A DNA stretch of 63,877 nt, filler included, from Lama guanicoe (GCA_013239625.1; 76 parts of 74 records of this genome joined end to end with filler, not necessarily neighbours in it); one strand, 5' to 3'; numbered from the whole stretch's first letter, positions 1 to 12,272 are shown. A program made the numbers and translations. Notes: a model not told the origin generated them from the sequence alone.

Positions 1-856
1 TTTTAAATTCAATTTTCTGCCTTCCGTTCAGTATTCAGTATACTATATTTTAAATTATATGTTCTATATTCTATATTCTGCATTCCGTATCTATATTCTA
101 TTTTCTGTGTTCTACATTCTATTCTCTAATTTCTATATTCTGTATTCTGTATTCTATATTCTAATTTCTGTGATATGCATTCTATATTCTAGATTAAATA
201 TTCAGTATTCTGTATTCTATATTCTAAATTCTGTGTTCTGCATTCCATGCTCTATATACTGGGTTCTATATTCTATATTCTGTGTTCTACATTCTAAATT
301 CTATATTGCATTTTCAGTATTCTATATTCTATATTNNNNNNNNNNNNNNNNNNNNNNNNNNNNNNNNNNNNNNNNNNNNNNNNNNNNNNNNNNNNNNNNN
401 NNNNNNNNNNNNNNNNNNNNNNNNNNNNNNNNNNNNNNNNNNNNNNNNNNNNNNNNNNNNNNNNNNNNNNNNNNNNNNNNNNNNNNNNNNNNNNNNNNNN
501 NNNNNNNNNNNNNNNNNNNNNNNNNNNNNNNNNNNNNNNNNNNNNNNNNNNNNNNNNNNNNNNNNNNNNNNNNNNNNNNNNNNNNNNNNNNNNNNNNNNN
601 NNNNNNNNNNNNNNNNNNNNNNNNNNNNNNNNNNCCATGTTCTAAATCTGTATTCAGTATTCTGTATTCTATATCTAAATTTTGTGTTCTGCATTCCATG
701 TTCTAAATTCTGTGTTCTGTATTCTGTTTTCCATATTCTATATTCTGTGTTCTACATTCTATATTCTGTATTCTATATTATGCTTTACTTAATCTATATT
801 CTACATGCTGTGACCTACATTCTATATTCTAATTTGTATACTCAGTATTCCGTATT
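1..856 (+). repeat. Satellite A (7-bp-based ATTCTAT-type), gapped
   Basis: Tandem degenerate heptamers ATTCTAT/ATTCTGT/GTTCTAC/ATTCTAA. Confidence 0.93.
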
Positions 857-956
857 NNNNNNNNNNNNNNNNNNNNNNNNNNNNNNNNNNNNNNNNNNNN
901 TTAATTAATTAANNNNNNNNNNNNNNNNNNNNNNNNNNNNNNNNNNNNNNNNNNNN
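857..956. other. Artificial scaffold linker N44-TTAATTAATTAA-N44 (first of ~75; e.g. cores at 901, 1778, 2719, 3361 ... 62251, 62901)
   Basis: Identical 12-mer flanked by 44 N on each side (100 bp total) recurs throughout; the 12-mer gives TAA in all six frames; unrelated sequence lies on either side. Confidence 0.99.
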
Positions 957-1733
957 ATAGAATGAAGAACACAGAATATAGAATATAGAATACGGAATGT
1001 AGAAATAGAAAACAGAATATAGAATATAGAACACAGAAAATAGAAAATTGAAAGCAGAATACACAACCCAGAATTTAGAACATGGAATGCAGAACACAGA
1101 ATATAGAATATAGAATACAGAATACTGAATGTAGAATTTAGAATATAGAATGTATAACACAGAATATAGAATATAGAATACCTAATACAGAATATAGATT
1201 GTAGAATATAGATTAAAAACACAAAATTTAGAGTATAGAATTGAGAATATAGAACACAGAATTTAGAGCATGGAACGCAGAACACAGAATTTAGAATATA
1301 GAATACAGAATACTGAATATTTAATTTAGAATAATTTAGAACTTAGAATCTAGAAAACAGAATTTAGAATATAGAAAACAGAATATTGAAAATAGAATTT
1401 AGGATATAGAATGTAGAACACGGTATATAGAATTTAGAATACAGAATGTAGAACACAAATATATAATATAGAATACAGAAAGCTGAATATAGTATTTAGA
1501 ATATAGAATGCAGAACACAGAATTTAGTATATAGCATACGGAATGCTGAATATAGAATTTAGAATACAGAATGTAGAACACAAATATATAATATAGAATA
1601 CAGAAAGCTGAATATAGTATTTAGAATATAGAATGCAGAACACAGAATTTAGAATATAGAGTATAGATCATAGATCCCAGAATAAAGAACATGGAATGCA
1701 GAACACAGAATTTAGTATATAGCATACGGAATG
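957..1733 (-). repeat. Satellite A, reverse orientation
   Basis: (ATAGAAT)n-type heptamers; internal 126-bp duplication starting near 1425 and 1551. Confidence 0.93.
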
Positions 1734-1835
1734 NNNNNNNNNNNNNNNNNNNNNNNNNNNNNNNNNNNNNNNNNNNNTTAATTAATTAANNNNNNNNNNN
1801 NNNNNNNNNNNNNNNNNNNNNNNNNNNNNNNNNGT

Positions 1836-2093
1836 TTATGTCCCAAATGTAAAAAAGGAAAACACTGGGCCAAAGACTGTCGATCTAAACCTGACATAAA
1901 CGGACAATTTCTGAACCAGGGAAACTGGGTGAGGGGCCAGTCCCAGGCCCCGAAACAATGTTATGGGGCAATTCAGGCAACCTCTCAGGTCAGTCACAAT
2001 CCATTTCTTCCCGGCCAAATATTTCAAACCTCCACAGAGCAACCCCAGGAAGCGCAGGATTGGACTTCTGTGCCTCCACCTACACAGTATTAA
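1836..2093 (+). CDS. gag: ERV Gag C-terminus (nucleocapsid knuckle plus p4-like tail), 5'-partial
   Basis: Manual translation [18 protein letters not shown]...[18 protein letters not shown]...[15 protein letters not shown] is open to TAA at 2091-2093; the tail resembles MPMV/SRV/JSRV Gag; missed by the ORF track because it lacks a start codon. Confidence 0.9.
   Translation, partial: LCPKCKKGKHWAKDCRSKPDINGQFLNQGNWVRGQSQAPKQCYGAIQATSQVSHNPFLPGQIFQTSTEQPQEAQDWTSVPPPTQY
1919..1969 (+). promoter_or_regulatory. -1 ribosomal frameshift signal (gag-pro): slippery G GGA AAC plus H-type pseudoknot
   Basis: GGGAAAC at 1919-1925, 7-nt spacer, stem 1 GGGGCC(1933-38)/GGCCCC(1946-51), stem 2 GTCCCA(1940-45)/TGGGGC(1964-69); pro lies in the -1 frame. 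Confidence 0.88.
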
Positions 2094-2674
2094 CCCCTGA
2101 AATGGGAATGCAGGCACTTCCTACTGGAATTTATGGGCCTTTACCTTCCGGCAGTGTAGGACTATTGCTAGGACGCAGCAGCGTGACTATGAAAGGACTA
2201 TTAATTGCTCCGGGAGTAATTGATTCTGATTTCGAATGAGAAATTAAAATAATGGCTCACTCTCTACAGACCATAACAGCCATTCCTGCAGGGCAATGTA
2301 TTGCTCAATTAATTCTTTTACCCACTCTTACTATGGGAAAAACCAAAACTGAACGTAAAAGAGGTACTGCAGGTTTTGGCTCTTCTGATGCTTATTGGAT
2401 ACAACAAATAGGCAGCCAGAGGCCCGAATTGACCTTAGAAATTCAGGGAAAGAAATTTAAAGGAATTTTAGATACTGGAGCAATCTCTGTAATTGATGCC
2501 CCTTATTGGCCCAAAAATTGGCCAAAACAGGTTGCTCTTTCCATGTTACAAGGTATTGGACAATCACATAATACAGAACAAAGTTCTGCTTTCCTCTCTT
2601 GGAAAGATGGGGAAGGACATTCTGGAGTATTTCAACCTTATATTCTTCCTGGCTTGCCTGTTAAATTATGGGGA
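1919..2674 (+). pseudogene. pro: ERV pro (dUTPase plus aspartic protease) pseudogene, 3'-truncated by the scaffold end
   Basis: dUTPase motifs [37 protein letters not shown]; protease ILDTGA; in-frame TGA at 2237-2239 where Gly is expected; ORFs 1958-2239 and 2252-2722 share one frame. Confidence 0.92.
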
Positions 2675-2774
2675 NNNNNNNNNNNNNNNNNNNNNNNNNN
2701 NNNNNNNNNNNNNNNNNNTTAATTAATTAANNNNNNNNNNNNNNNNNNNNNNNNNNNNNNNNNNNNNNNNNNNN

Positions 2775-3316
2775 AATGACTAAAAGTTGAAGTTTGTGAA
2801 ATGCTTTTTATCGATTTATTGGGGTGACCACTTCATTTTTCCTTTTGCTTTTGTTAATGTGGTGAATCAACTGATTGATTTCATGCAATTTCAACCCCTC
2901 TTATGACCCTGCAATGAATTAAAGTTGATCATGTTGTATGTTTCACTTTAAGTATTGCTGGATTTAGTTTTCTAATAATATTTTTTGACTTTTTTTTCTA
3001 TATCAATCAAAGATATTGGCTTGAAATTCTCTTTGCTTGTATTTTGATTGTTGGCTTTGCTTTCAGGGTAATGAAAGCTTCATAGATTTAATTTGGGAGT
3101 TTCACACATCTTCACTATTTTTGAACAGTTTGAAGAGTATAAGTTCTGCTTTTTATTTTTGTACAGTTCTCCACGTGAGCTGTTTATATCTGCCCTAATA
3201 TTTCAAGATTTTTTTAAATGCAGATTCTATCTTTCTTCTATCTTGTAATGAGTTTGTTCAAATAATATGTTTCTCCTTATCCCTGTCTATTTCTAGACAT
3301 TTGTCTATTTCTTCTA
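2775..3316 (-). mobile_element. Old LINE-1 ORF2 fragment (degenerate)
   Basis: Antisense L1 motifs (tgaaatgctttt...ttgttaatgtggtgaat...ctgattgattt; tcagggtaatgaaagcttcatag). Confidence 0.75.
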
Positions 3317-3416
3317 NNNNNNNNNNNNNNNNNNNNNNNNNNNNNNNNNNNNNNNNNNNNTTAATTAATTAANNNNNNNNNNNNNNNNNNNNNNNNNNNN
3401 NNNNNNNNNNNNNNNN

Positions 3417-4095
3417 CGTAACAAACCCCAGTACATACATATATATGGGGAGGTACACGCTCCAACTTGGTTTTACTGTGAAAACCCCAGGAACTTCCAA
3501 CCGGTACTTGAAACAGACTTATAAACCAGAGTAAGTGTTTCTCCTGCAACCCGTTCCCTTTGTGCTGGATGAACGAACGTCTCTCCACATGCTCAGTTAT
3601 GAGAGTTAAGTGTGTGTGAAAGCCATCTTTGAACTTGCTTGAAGGGAACACAAAGATTCCTTTCTGTTGCAAAATCCTGTACATACATATATATGGGGAG
3701 GTACAAGCTCCAACACGGTTTTACAGTGAAAACGGCAGGCACTTCAAACCGGCACTAGGAAACAGACTGAGAAACTAGAGTAAGGGTTTCTCCTGCAACC
3801 CGTTCCCTTTGTGCTGGATGAACGAACGTCTCTCCACATGCTCACTTCTGAGAGATAAGTGTGTGTGAAAGCCGTCCTTCACCTAGCTTGAAAGGTACAC
3901 AAAGTTCCTATTCAGTTGTAAACTCTACTGCATACATATATATTGTGATGTACAAGCTCCAACTCGGTTTTAGAGTTAAAACTACAGAATCTTCAATCCG
4001 GCAGTTGGAAACAGTCTGAGAAATCAGAGTAATTGTTTCTCCTGCAACCAGTTCCCTTTGTGCTAGATGAAGGAACGTCCCTCCACATGCTCAAT
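3417..4095 (+). repeat. Satellite B (~249-bp monomer), ~2.7 copies
   Basis: TGTGCTGGAT-like motif at 3561, 3810 and 4059 gives period 249. Confidence 0.93.
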
Positions 4096-4716
4096 TTTAT
4101 TTGTTTGTATGTAATATTTTCTATTCACTTATCTNNNNNNNNNNNNNNNNNNNNNNNNNNNNNNNNNNNNNNNNNNNNTTAATTAATTAANNNNNNNNNN
4201 NNNNNNNNNNNNNNNNNNNNNNNNNNNNNNNNNNGGCGAAGCATCTGAGGACCTCCCCGGTGGCTTTGTGGCTTTATTTTTATCGTAAGTTCGTGAAGAG
4301 GGTTAGCCAAGTGGACACAGGAAGCCCAGGGAACGTTTTCTTAGGGTTTTCAGCAAAGACACATCGCACTGGGGTAGGAGGAGGGAAGAACATGGGGCCA
4401 TTTTATGATTCTCTTGGGATTTTCTGCAGGGAGGAGGAAGGGATGCAAAGCAGAAGGCGTTAAGAGTGGGCGATCGCTCTCTCAGACCTCATTTTGCTTT
4501 TTGATTAGGGCTGAGCGGCCAAAACCAAGTGGAACAGAGTCCTCCATCTCTGACTGTCCTGGAGGAAGAGAACTGCACATTTCAGTGCAATTATACAGTG
4601 AGTCCCTTTAACAACTNNNNNNNNNNNNNNNNNNNNNNNNNNNNNNNNNNNNNNNNNNNNTTAATTAATTAANNNNNNNNNNNNNNNNNNNNNNNNNNNN
4701 NNNNNNNNNNNNNNNN

Positions 4717-5533
4717 AAACCTTGGGGACTTCTGGTTTCTCACTCTGCATGTAAGCAACTTTGAAACCACCACCTATCTTAGCAACAAGCAAAAACCAGA
4801 AGAGATTCAAAAATCAACAACTCTCCTTGGATCCGGAGAGGGGAGGGCAAAGGACAAACTGCTGCCCCTAAGACTGGAGAGACAGCGAGCCCAGAGGGCG
4901 GCAGCTCATCAGAGCAGAGACTCAGAGCAGGAGACGCAGCAGGAGCCGGTGCTGGAGCAGCACCACCCGGACGGTACTGGTGAGTCGCTGGGGGCTCAGT
5001 GTGGACAAGCCTGAGAGTGAAAAGCCACCACAGAGGGAAACACAGCGCTGTGAGCTTGACTCGCATGATTCCAACCAGGAGTCCGCAGTAAGTATTAGAG
5101 AAAAACCCCTGAAGCTTCTGGAGGATGGAGGATGGAGGGGGAGCTATACTGAAAAGACCCAGAACACGGTCCTTCATGCGGCCTCCCCCAGGGAGGACGC
5201 TAGGTAACCACAACCCAGCCTGCTGGGGTTCTCACTGGAGCCTAACTGACCCCAGGGAAGCAAAACACCCAACTCCAGCCAGCTCTAGCCCTCCTGTCCC
5301 TCCCATGGGGAGAGGAAAAAAGCAGATAACACTTGGGAAGTTCTCAGTCCAGGGGAAGAGGCTCAGTGAAAGACTGAGACCTGATCTCAGGACCGTGGAG
5401 CACTTGCCGCCCCCGCACCTCACCTCCGCGTTCCTAAAGGATTCCTCCAGCAGTTCCTTCCCCTCAGCACATCGTGCCTGGCCATCAGAAAAGAATCACA
5501 AGGCACCAAAAGGCAAAAAACCACAACTGTAAG
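4717..5533 (+). mobile_element. Old LINE-1 5' region (L1MC/L1MD-type 5' end)
   Basis: Motifs recalled from L1M 5' consensus: aaaaatcaacaactct, gctcagtgtggacaag, gagcctaactgacc, cccaactccagcc, aagactgagacct, aaaaggcaaaaaa. Confidence 0.65.
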
Positions 5534-6497
5534 NNNNNNNNNNNNNNNNNNNNNNNNNNNNNNNNNNNNNNNNNNNNTTAATTAATTAANNNNNNNNNNN
5601 NNNNNNNNNNNNNNNNNNNNNNNNNNNNNNNNNATATACTTTTAAAAGTGACAAAAGTTTAAACTATTTTTGTCTCTCCCCTCACATCTACAGTCAGTAA
5701 AACATTCTCATCTGAACAAAAATAACTACAACACAAAACAATACTCCAGAACAAATGTGAACAGGTGAAGTTCAGTGGAATAAAACACACAAAGGAGGCT
5801 GAATTGAGGGAAGAGCAGAGTTGGTGTCTGCAACCAAGGTCCCCTGAAAAGGATATCTGAGTCCACAATTTGAGAGAACCCAGAAGAAACAGGGTCTCAG
5901 TGGTTCACACAGTTTCCGCCCCCAACTTCACCAGTACTCATAATCACAGGTAACTAGGAGGGAGCTACAATGGAGTCAGAAATTCCATCCTTCCGACACT
6001 CAGGCATTCATGAAACTGTCCCTAATCCCCTTTCACAGTGGTGGAGAAAAGCTACCTTGCAACACTGGACANNNNNNNNNNNNNNNNNNNNNNNNNNNNN
6101 NNNNNNNNNNNNNNNNNNNNNNNNNNNNNNNNNNNNNNNNNNNNNNNNNNNNNNNNNNNNNNNNNNNNNNNNNNGCTCTCCCAGTGACAAGAGTGGCATT
6201 AAATAACAGAGAAGTCTAAGAAGTGACTATGAAAGCACATCTTTTATCCAGACATTAGCGACTGGAAAGTGCCATTTTGAAATATTATCAGAGGTATCTC
6301 AGGTAAGTAAAACCAAATATTGTGCAATAATGCAAATTACCAGAAAATAAAAGCAAGGACTCCAACTCCCATTGTGTTATTTAGTATCATAAGAGCANNN
6401 NNNNNNNNNNNNNNNNNNNNNNNNNNNNNNNNNNNNNNNNNTTAATTAATTAANNNNNNNNNNNNNNNNNNNNNNNNNNNNNNNNNNNNNNNNNNNN

Positions 6498-7083
6498 AAC
6501 CTAGAGTGTATTATCTTAAGTCAAGTAAGTCAGAGAAAGACAAATAAGAAAGACAAATACCATATGATTATATTCTACTTATATGCAGAATCTAAAAAAC
6601 AAAACAAATGAACAAATATAGGAAAACAGAAGCAGAAAACAAACAGATGGTTGCCAGAGGGGAGGGAGTTGTGGGGAGAAAAGAAATAGGTAAGTGAGAA
6701 TAAGAAGTACAAACTTTCAGTTACAAATTAAATGAATCATGGGTATGAAATGTACAGTGTAGGGAATACAGTCATTAATTATGCAACATCTCTCTATAGT
6801 GACAAATGTTAATTAGACTTAATCGTTCTGACATACATAGACACAGCAAAAACTATGTTGCGCATTGGGAACTAACACAGTGTTGTAAGTCATTTACATT
6901 TCAAAGACAAAGTCATAGAAAAAGAGATCAGATTTGTGGTTCCCAGAGGCAAGGGTGGAGAGAAGGGCAATAGATGAAGATAGGAGAAAGACACAAACAC
7001 CCAGCTCTAAGATAAGGAAGTTCTAGGGATATCATGTATAAGTCGATAAATATAATTAACGGTGCTTTATGTTATACATGAAG
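6498..7083 (+). mobile_element. LINE-1 3' end/3' UTR (laurasiatherian type)
   Basis: gtaagtcagagaaagacaaata...agatggttgccagagggga...tacaaactttcagttac; second block atcagatttgtggttcccagagg. Confidence 0.8.
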
Positions 7084-7183
7084 NNNNNNNNNNNNNNNNN
7101 NNNNNNNNNNNNNNNNNNNNNNNNNNNTTAATTAATTAANNNNNNNNNNNNNNNNNNNNNNNNNNNNNNNNNNNNNNNNNNNN

Positions 7184-7440
7184 TAATTTTTTGATTAAAT
7201 TGTAAATGTACTTGGCATTAAGTACATTGACACTGTTACAATAACCCCTTTTAATGTCTATTCCAGAACATTTTCATCAAAGGAAAGTGCAGTATGTACC
7301 AGTCAGGCTCTGCTGCCTCCCCTCCCCTTCAGTGCTGGGGCACCCACTGTGCCTGATGTGTCTGTGAATTTACAACCCCTGGGTATTCTTATTGGTGATA
7401 TCATGTTACAGTAGTCTCTTGTGTCTGTCTGAGTAATGTA
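7184..7440 (-). mobile_element. Old LINE-1 3' end fragment (L1MB-like)
   Basis: ggcattaagtacatt...ttccagaacattttcatc...tctgtgaattt. Confidence 0.5.
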
Positions 7441-9649
7441 TGAGGAGACTGATTACCATGGGGTTTATTTTGAACCATGGGGCTTATTTTGCTTTAAATA
7501 TAAATTTTAAATATTAAAAATATGCCATGTCACCAAATTAAAGGCAAGGCCTTGGATGTGTTCCCTCCAGCAGAATTCCCTAGCTGCAGCAGCGGTTCCC
7601 ACTTGAGATCATATGAGCAGAAAGATTTGTGACAAAACATATAAGGTGCTCAAGGAAACTGCAGGAAGGTCAGAGCTTCAGGTCAAGCGCTTCAGAGATG
7701 AGCACAGGCCCTTCCACCCCTCAGGCTCCCCCAGCAGTGACTCCCTGCCTCATCCCTGGTCCAGACCCCCTGTGGCTAACATCCCGTCATTCAGCTTCTG
7801 CAGGGGAAGGGTCTCTGCCTTTTTTCCAAAACCACAAAAATATGTCCATCAATGTAAGGTCAAGGGGGTCCCATGTTTTGAGTTAGTGAGTGAGATGATG
7901 GTCAGTGACCTCCCTTCTCTCTACCCAGAGTTGGAGCCCCCGGTGCAGAGAACATATGTCCTCACAAAAAGGAAATTCCAAGCTTTCCCAGGAGGGGAAA
8001 AACAGAAGCCCCTGTTTAAATTGGGAGCAGATGAAGCAGAGATCCAAGGGCCCAGGGGAAGGCCTGCTTGNNNNNNNNNNNNNNNNNNNNNNNNNNNNNN
8101 NNNNNNNNNNNNNNTTAATTAATTAANNNNNNNNNNNNNNNNNNNNNNNNNNNNNNNNNNNNNNNNNNNNCCTCTTCATACCACGATTCCACAGTGTTCA
8201 AAACAGTAATTCACTTGTGAAGCTGGGTAATAAGCCACAGCTGCCAGTCCACTGGGCTTTTCTTGATTTCTTGTAATGTCAAAGAAATCCAGAACAGTCA
8301 TTAGCTATTTGAAGAAATCTTTGGTATCTCATTTTACAGTTAAAATGTTTTATTCCATTTTTCTAAAATTCAAAACTTCTGATTATATTAAAGCATAATC
8401 ATACAGACACCCTTTTCAGGTGTACACACTACACTTTTTTCTTATCATTATAAACAAAGTTCAATTAATCAAGAAGTTACAATGAATTACAAATTATGTG
8501 CTAGGAAATGAAGCAGATAAGTGTGAAAAAGATCAATCTTTATAATAGTTTGGAATCTAGCTGGAGACATAAGTACTATGTTGTGCCATCAATACTTGGT
8601 TTTGTGTTATATTCCAGATATATAAAAGANNNNNNNNNNNNNNNNNNNNNNNNNNNNNNNNNNNNNNNNNNNNTTAATTAATTAANNNNNNNNNNNNNNN
8701 NNNNNNNNNNNNNNNNNNNNNNNNNNNNNCTTGTTGCAGCTCCTTAATGAAGATGTTGCGAAGGAAACCTAGCCAAACTCTGGGAGGTATGCACATAGTG
8801 ACTGCATCCTCAGCACTTTGTGAAGTTCAGAATCAGAGGGCTGGGTGACTCAGGAAAGGCTTTTTTAAGGTAACAAGGGGAAAGTGAAAGGACGCAGGCT
8901 GTGTGAGAAAGAAACATCTCAGTCCCAGCCAGCAAGGCACCTGCGTTCAGGATGGTGTGTGGAGAATGCATATTTCTCACAAAGTGGTGGGATGGGAGGG
9001 AGGAGAGTTAGGTATTTATTGGGGAGTAAAAAAGTGGGCTGAACATTTCCTGGTTGAACAAGAGGATTGTGACTTGATGTGCTTGTATTTTGGAGAGAAG
9101 GGTTTTGTGGGGACAGGCTTAGGGGAACGCTCTCTGGCTGGGGAGTCAGCAAAACAGAGAAACACAGAGAACCTGGCAGAACCCAATGCCCTTGCTGGGG
9201 GAGAGGCTACCCGCCAATTGGAGNNNNNNNNNNNNNNNNNNNNNNNNNNNNNNNNNNNNNNNNNNNNTTAATTAATTAANNNNNNNNNNNNNNNNNNNNN
9301 NNNNNNNNNNNNNNNNNNNNNNNAACAAGTAATTTTAATGTGAGTTTAGGGTTTAAGACATCAAGAATTTGTTAATACCGAAATAATGAGGCACAGTGGG
9401 ATTTAACCTGACTCCGGTAGGAGTATGGCTGCCAAGGTCATCAGCACGTTTCCTAGTCAAGTGTGGCACCAATGGTGGTGATGCCACCATTGGGGTAAAA
9501 GCTGGATCCTTCTTGAAGTTTCTGCCTAGATTGTGACTCTTTTGTGATGCACCTTGTGATCCGGTCTCCGTGCTGGCTGGAAGAAGTCTGCTGTAAGCCA
9601 CTGTGCCTCACAGAATACTGCTCCACACTGCCTCATCTCTGCTCGGCCT

Positions 9650-10097
9650 CCCTACACCCTCCCTGCTCCTTACTCTTAGATCATGGATGAGTATCCTATT
9701 TTACACAGAATATTGAATACATCAGAAAAGGAATTCTACCCACATCCACAACCCCTTGCCACTGATGCATACACTCACCTTCCACTCCTGACACTAGGAT
9801 TTCTTGTCCGTATTCCTTCTAAACCATCTAAAAGTTGTCTGTTTGATCATGTCCTCTCTTAACAATTTGATTACAGAACTACATTAATTTTTTTTTGTCT
9901 TCTGCATTAGCAAAATTTCCCCCACCTGCTTTGTGATTCTCATCACAAAAAATATAATTCTATTATTTCTTCCATCATCATAAATCATACTGGCTCCACT
10001 ACTCTAACTGAATAGACCCTTCTGTTCCCCTTATAGAAAATCGTGGGGAAGAATTGCCCATAGCTGGTATTCATCCTAAATCCTATCTCTTTATCTG
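9650..10097 (+). mobile_element. LINE-2 fragment (degenerate)
   Basis: Colinear similarity to recalled L2 consensus (tcctattttacacagaa...atcagaaaaggaa; tctgcattagcaaaatttccc; ttctgttccccttatagaaaa). Confidence 0.55.
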
Positions 10098-10197
10098 NNN
10101 NNNNNNNNNNNNNNNNNNNNNNNNNNNNNNNNNNNNNNNNNTTAATTAATTAANNNNNNNNNNNNNNNNNNNNNNNNNNNNNNNNNNNNNNNNNNNN

Positions 10198-11036
10198 GTA
10201 TTCTATATTGTAAATTCTATTCTCTGCATTCCATTTCTAAATTCTGAATTCTATATTCTCTTTTATATATTCTGTATTCTGTGTTCTTCATTCTAGATTC
10301 TACATTCTAAATTCTGCATTCCGTATTGTATATTCTAATTTCTGTGTTCTGCATTCTATGTTCTAAATTCTATGTTCTGTATACTGTATTATATAAAAGA
10401 GAATATAGAATTCAGAATTTAGAATATGGAATGCAGAACACAGAATTTAGAATATAGAATAGGTAATAATGAATATAGAATTTAGAATATTGAATGCAGA
10501 AAACAGAATATATCTATATTCAATATTCTGTGTTCAACATTCTATATTCTAAATTGTATATTGAGTATTCCGTATGATATATTCAAAATTCTGAGTTCTA
10601 CATTCCATGTTCTAAATTCTGGGTTCTATGATCTATATTCTATATTCTATATTCTGTGTTCTGCATTCTATATTCTAAATACTAAATACAGCTTTCTGTA
10701 TTCTATATTCTAAATTCTGTGTTCTGCATTCTATATTCTAAATACTAAATACAGCTTTCTGTATTCTATATTCTAAATTGTATATTGAGTATTCCGTATG
10801 ATATATTCAAAATTCTGAGTTCTACATTCCATGTTCTAAATTCTGGGTTCTATGATCTATATTCTATATTCTATACTCTGTGTTCCACATTCTATAATCT
10901 AAATTCTATATTCAGTATTCTTTATTCTATAATATTAATTCTGTGTTCTACATTCTATATTCTAAATTGTATATTCTGTATTCTATTTTCTAAATTCTTA
11001 GTTCTGCTTTCCATGTTCCAAAATCTGGCTTCAATA
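10198..11036 (+). repeat. Satellite A with an internal ~110-bp inversion
   Basis: Heptamers switch to the AGAAT orientation at ~10393-10510; 224-bp duplication starting at 10551 and 10775. Confidence 0.92.
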
Positions 11037-11136
11037 NNNNNNNNNNNNNNNNNNNNNNNNNNNNNNNNNNNNNNNNNNNNTTAATTAATTAANNNNNNNN
11101 NNNNNNNNNNNNNNNNNNNNNNNNNNNNNNNNNNNN

Positions 11137-11604
11137 ATAGTACTCAGTGGTGAAAAACTCAAAAGCTTCCCACTAAAACATGGGACAAGACAAGGCTGCC
11201 CACTATTAGCACTCCTATTCAACATAGTCTTGGAAGTCCTAGCCACAGCAGTCAGGCAAGAGAGAGAAATGAAAGGGATCCAAATTGGAAAAGAAGAGGT
11301 TAAAGTGTCACTATATGCCGATGACATGATACTATATATAGAAAACCCTAAAAGGTCCACACAAAAACTACTAGAAGTAATCCAAGAATTCAGCACGGTA
11401 GCAGGTTACAAGATTAATGTTCAAAAATCAACAGCTGCATTTCTTTACACTAATGATGAATCAACAGGAAAAGAAAGTAAAGAAACAATCCCCTTTAAAA
11501 TAGCACCCAAAGTAGTAAAATACCTAAGAGTAAATCTAACCAAGGAGATGAAAGTCTTATACACAGAAAACTATAAACCATTGATGAAGGAAATTAAAGA
11601 AGAC
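11137..11604 (+). mobile_element. LINE-1 ORF2 reverse transcriptase fragment, open frame
   Basis: GTRQGCPL...[10 protein letters not shown]...[15 protein letters not shown]...GYKINVQKS; no stops across the scaffold. Confidence 0.97.
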
Positions 11605-11704
11605 NNNNNNNNNNNNNNNNNNNNNNNNNNNNNNNNNNNNNNNNNNNNTTAATTAATTAANNNNNNNNNNNNNNNNNNNNNNNNNNNNNNNNNNNNNNNN
11701 NNNN

Positions 11705-12172
11705 TGGAAAACAGAATATATAACCCAGAATATAGAACATGGAATGCACAACAGTATTTAAAATATAGAATACAGAATACTGAATATCGAATTTAGAATA
11801 TAGAACGCAGAACACAGAATATAGAATATAGAATACGGAATGCAGAATATAGAATACAGAATATAGAATGTAGAATACAGAATACACATTATGGAAACAG
11901 AATACAGAACCCAGAATTTTGAAAATGGAATTCAGAACACAGAATTTAGAGAATTCAGAACACAGAATTTAGAACATAGAATACAGAATACATAATATAA
12001 ATATTAGAATATAGAATATACAACACAGAATATAGAATATAGAATACGGAATGCATAATATAGGATACAGAATATAGAATTTAGAACACAGAATAAAGAA
12101 TATTTCATATAGTATATGGAACACAAAATTTAAAGCATGGAATGCAGAACACAGAATTTAGAATATAGAATA
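11705..12172 (-). repeat. Satellite A
   Basis: ATAGAAT heptamers. Confidence 0.93.
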
Positions 12173-12272
12173 NNNNNNNNNNNNNNNNNNNNNNNNNNNN
12201 NNNNNNNNNNNNNNNNTTAATTAATTAANNNNNNNNNNNNNNNNNNNNNNNNNNNNNNNNNNNNNNNNNNNN

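Larger units (their letters stand above)
1834..2674 (+). mobile_element. Endogenous betaretrovirus (class II/ERVK, D-type/JSRV-like) gag-pro fragment
   Basis: CCHC zinc knuckle, GGGAAAC slippery site, dUTPase and DTG protease in betaretroviral order. Confidence 0.95.

Noticed and set aside
7613..8070. ~150-codon open frame in unique-looking sequence
   Set aside because: No recognisable domain or splice structure; plausible by chance
8730..9223. LTR-like feel (also 19082-19330)
   Set aside because: No primer-binding site, polypurine tract or TG..CA boundaries could be confirmed
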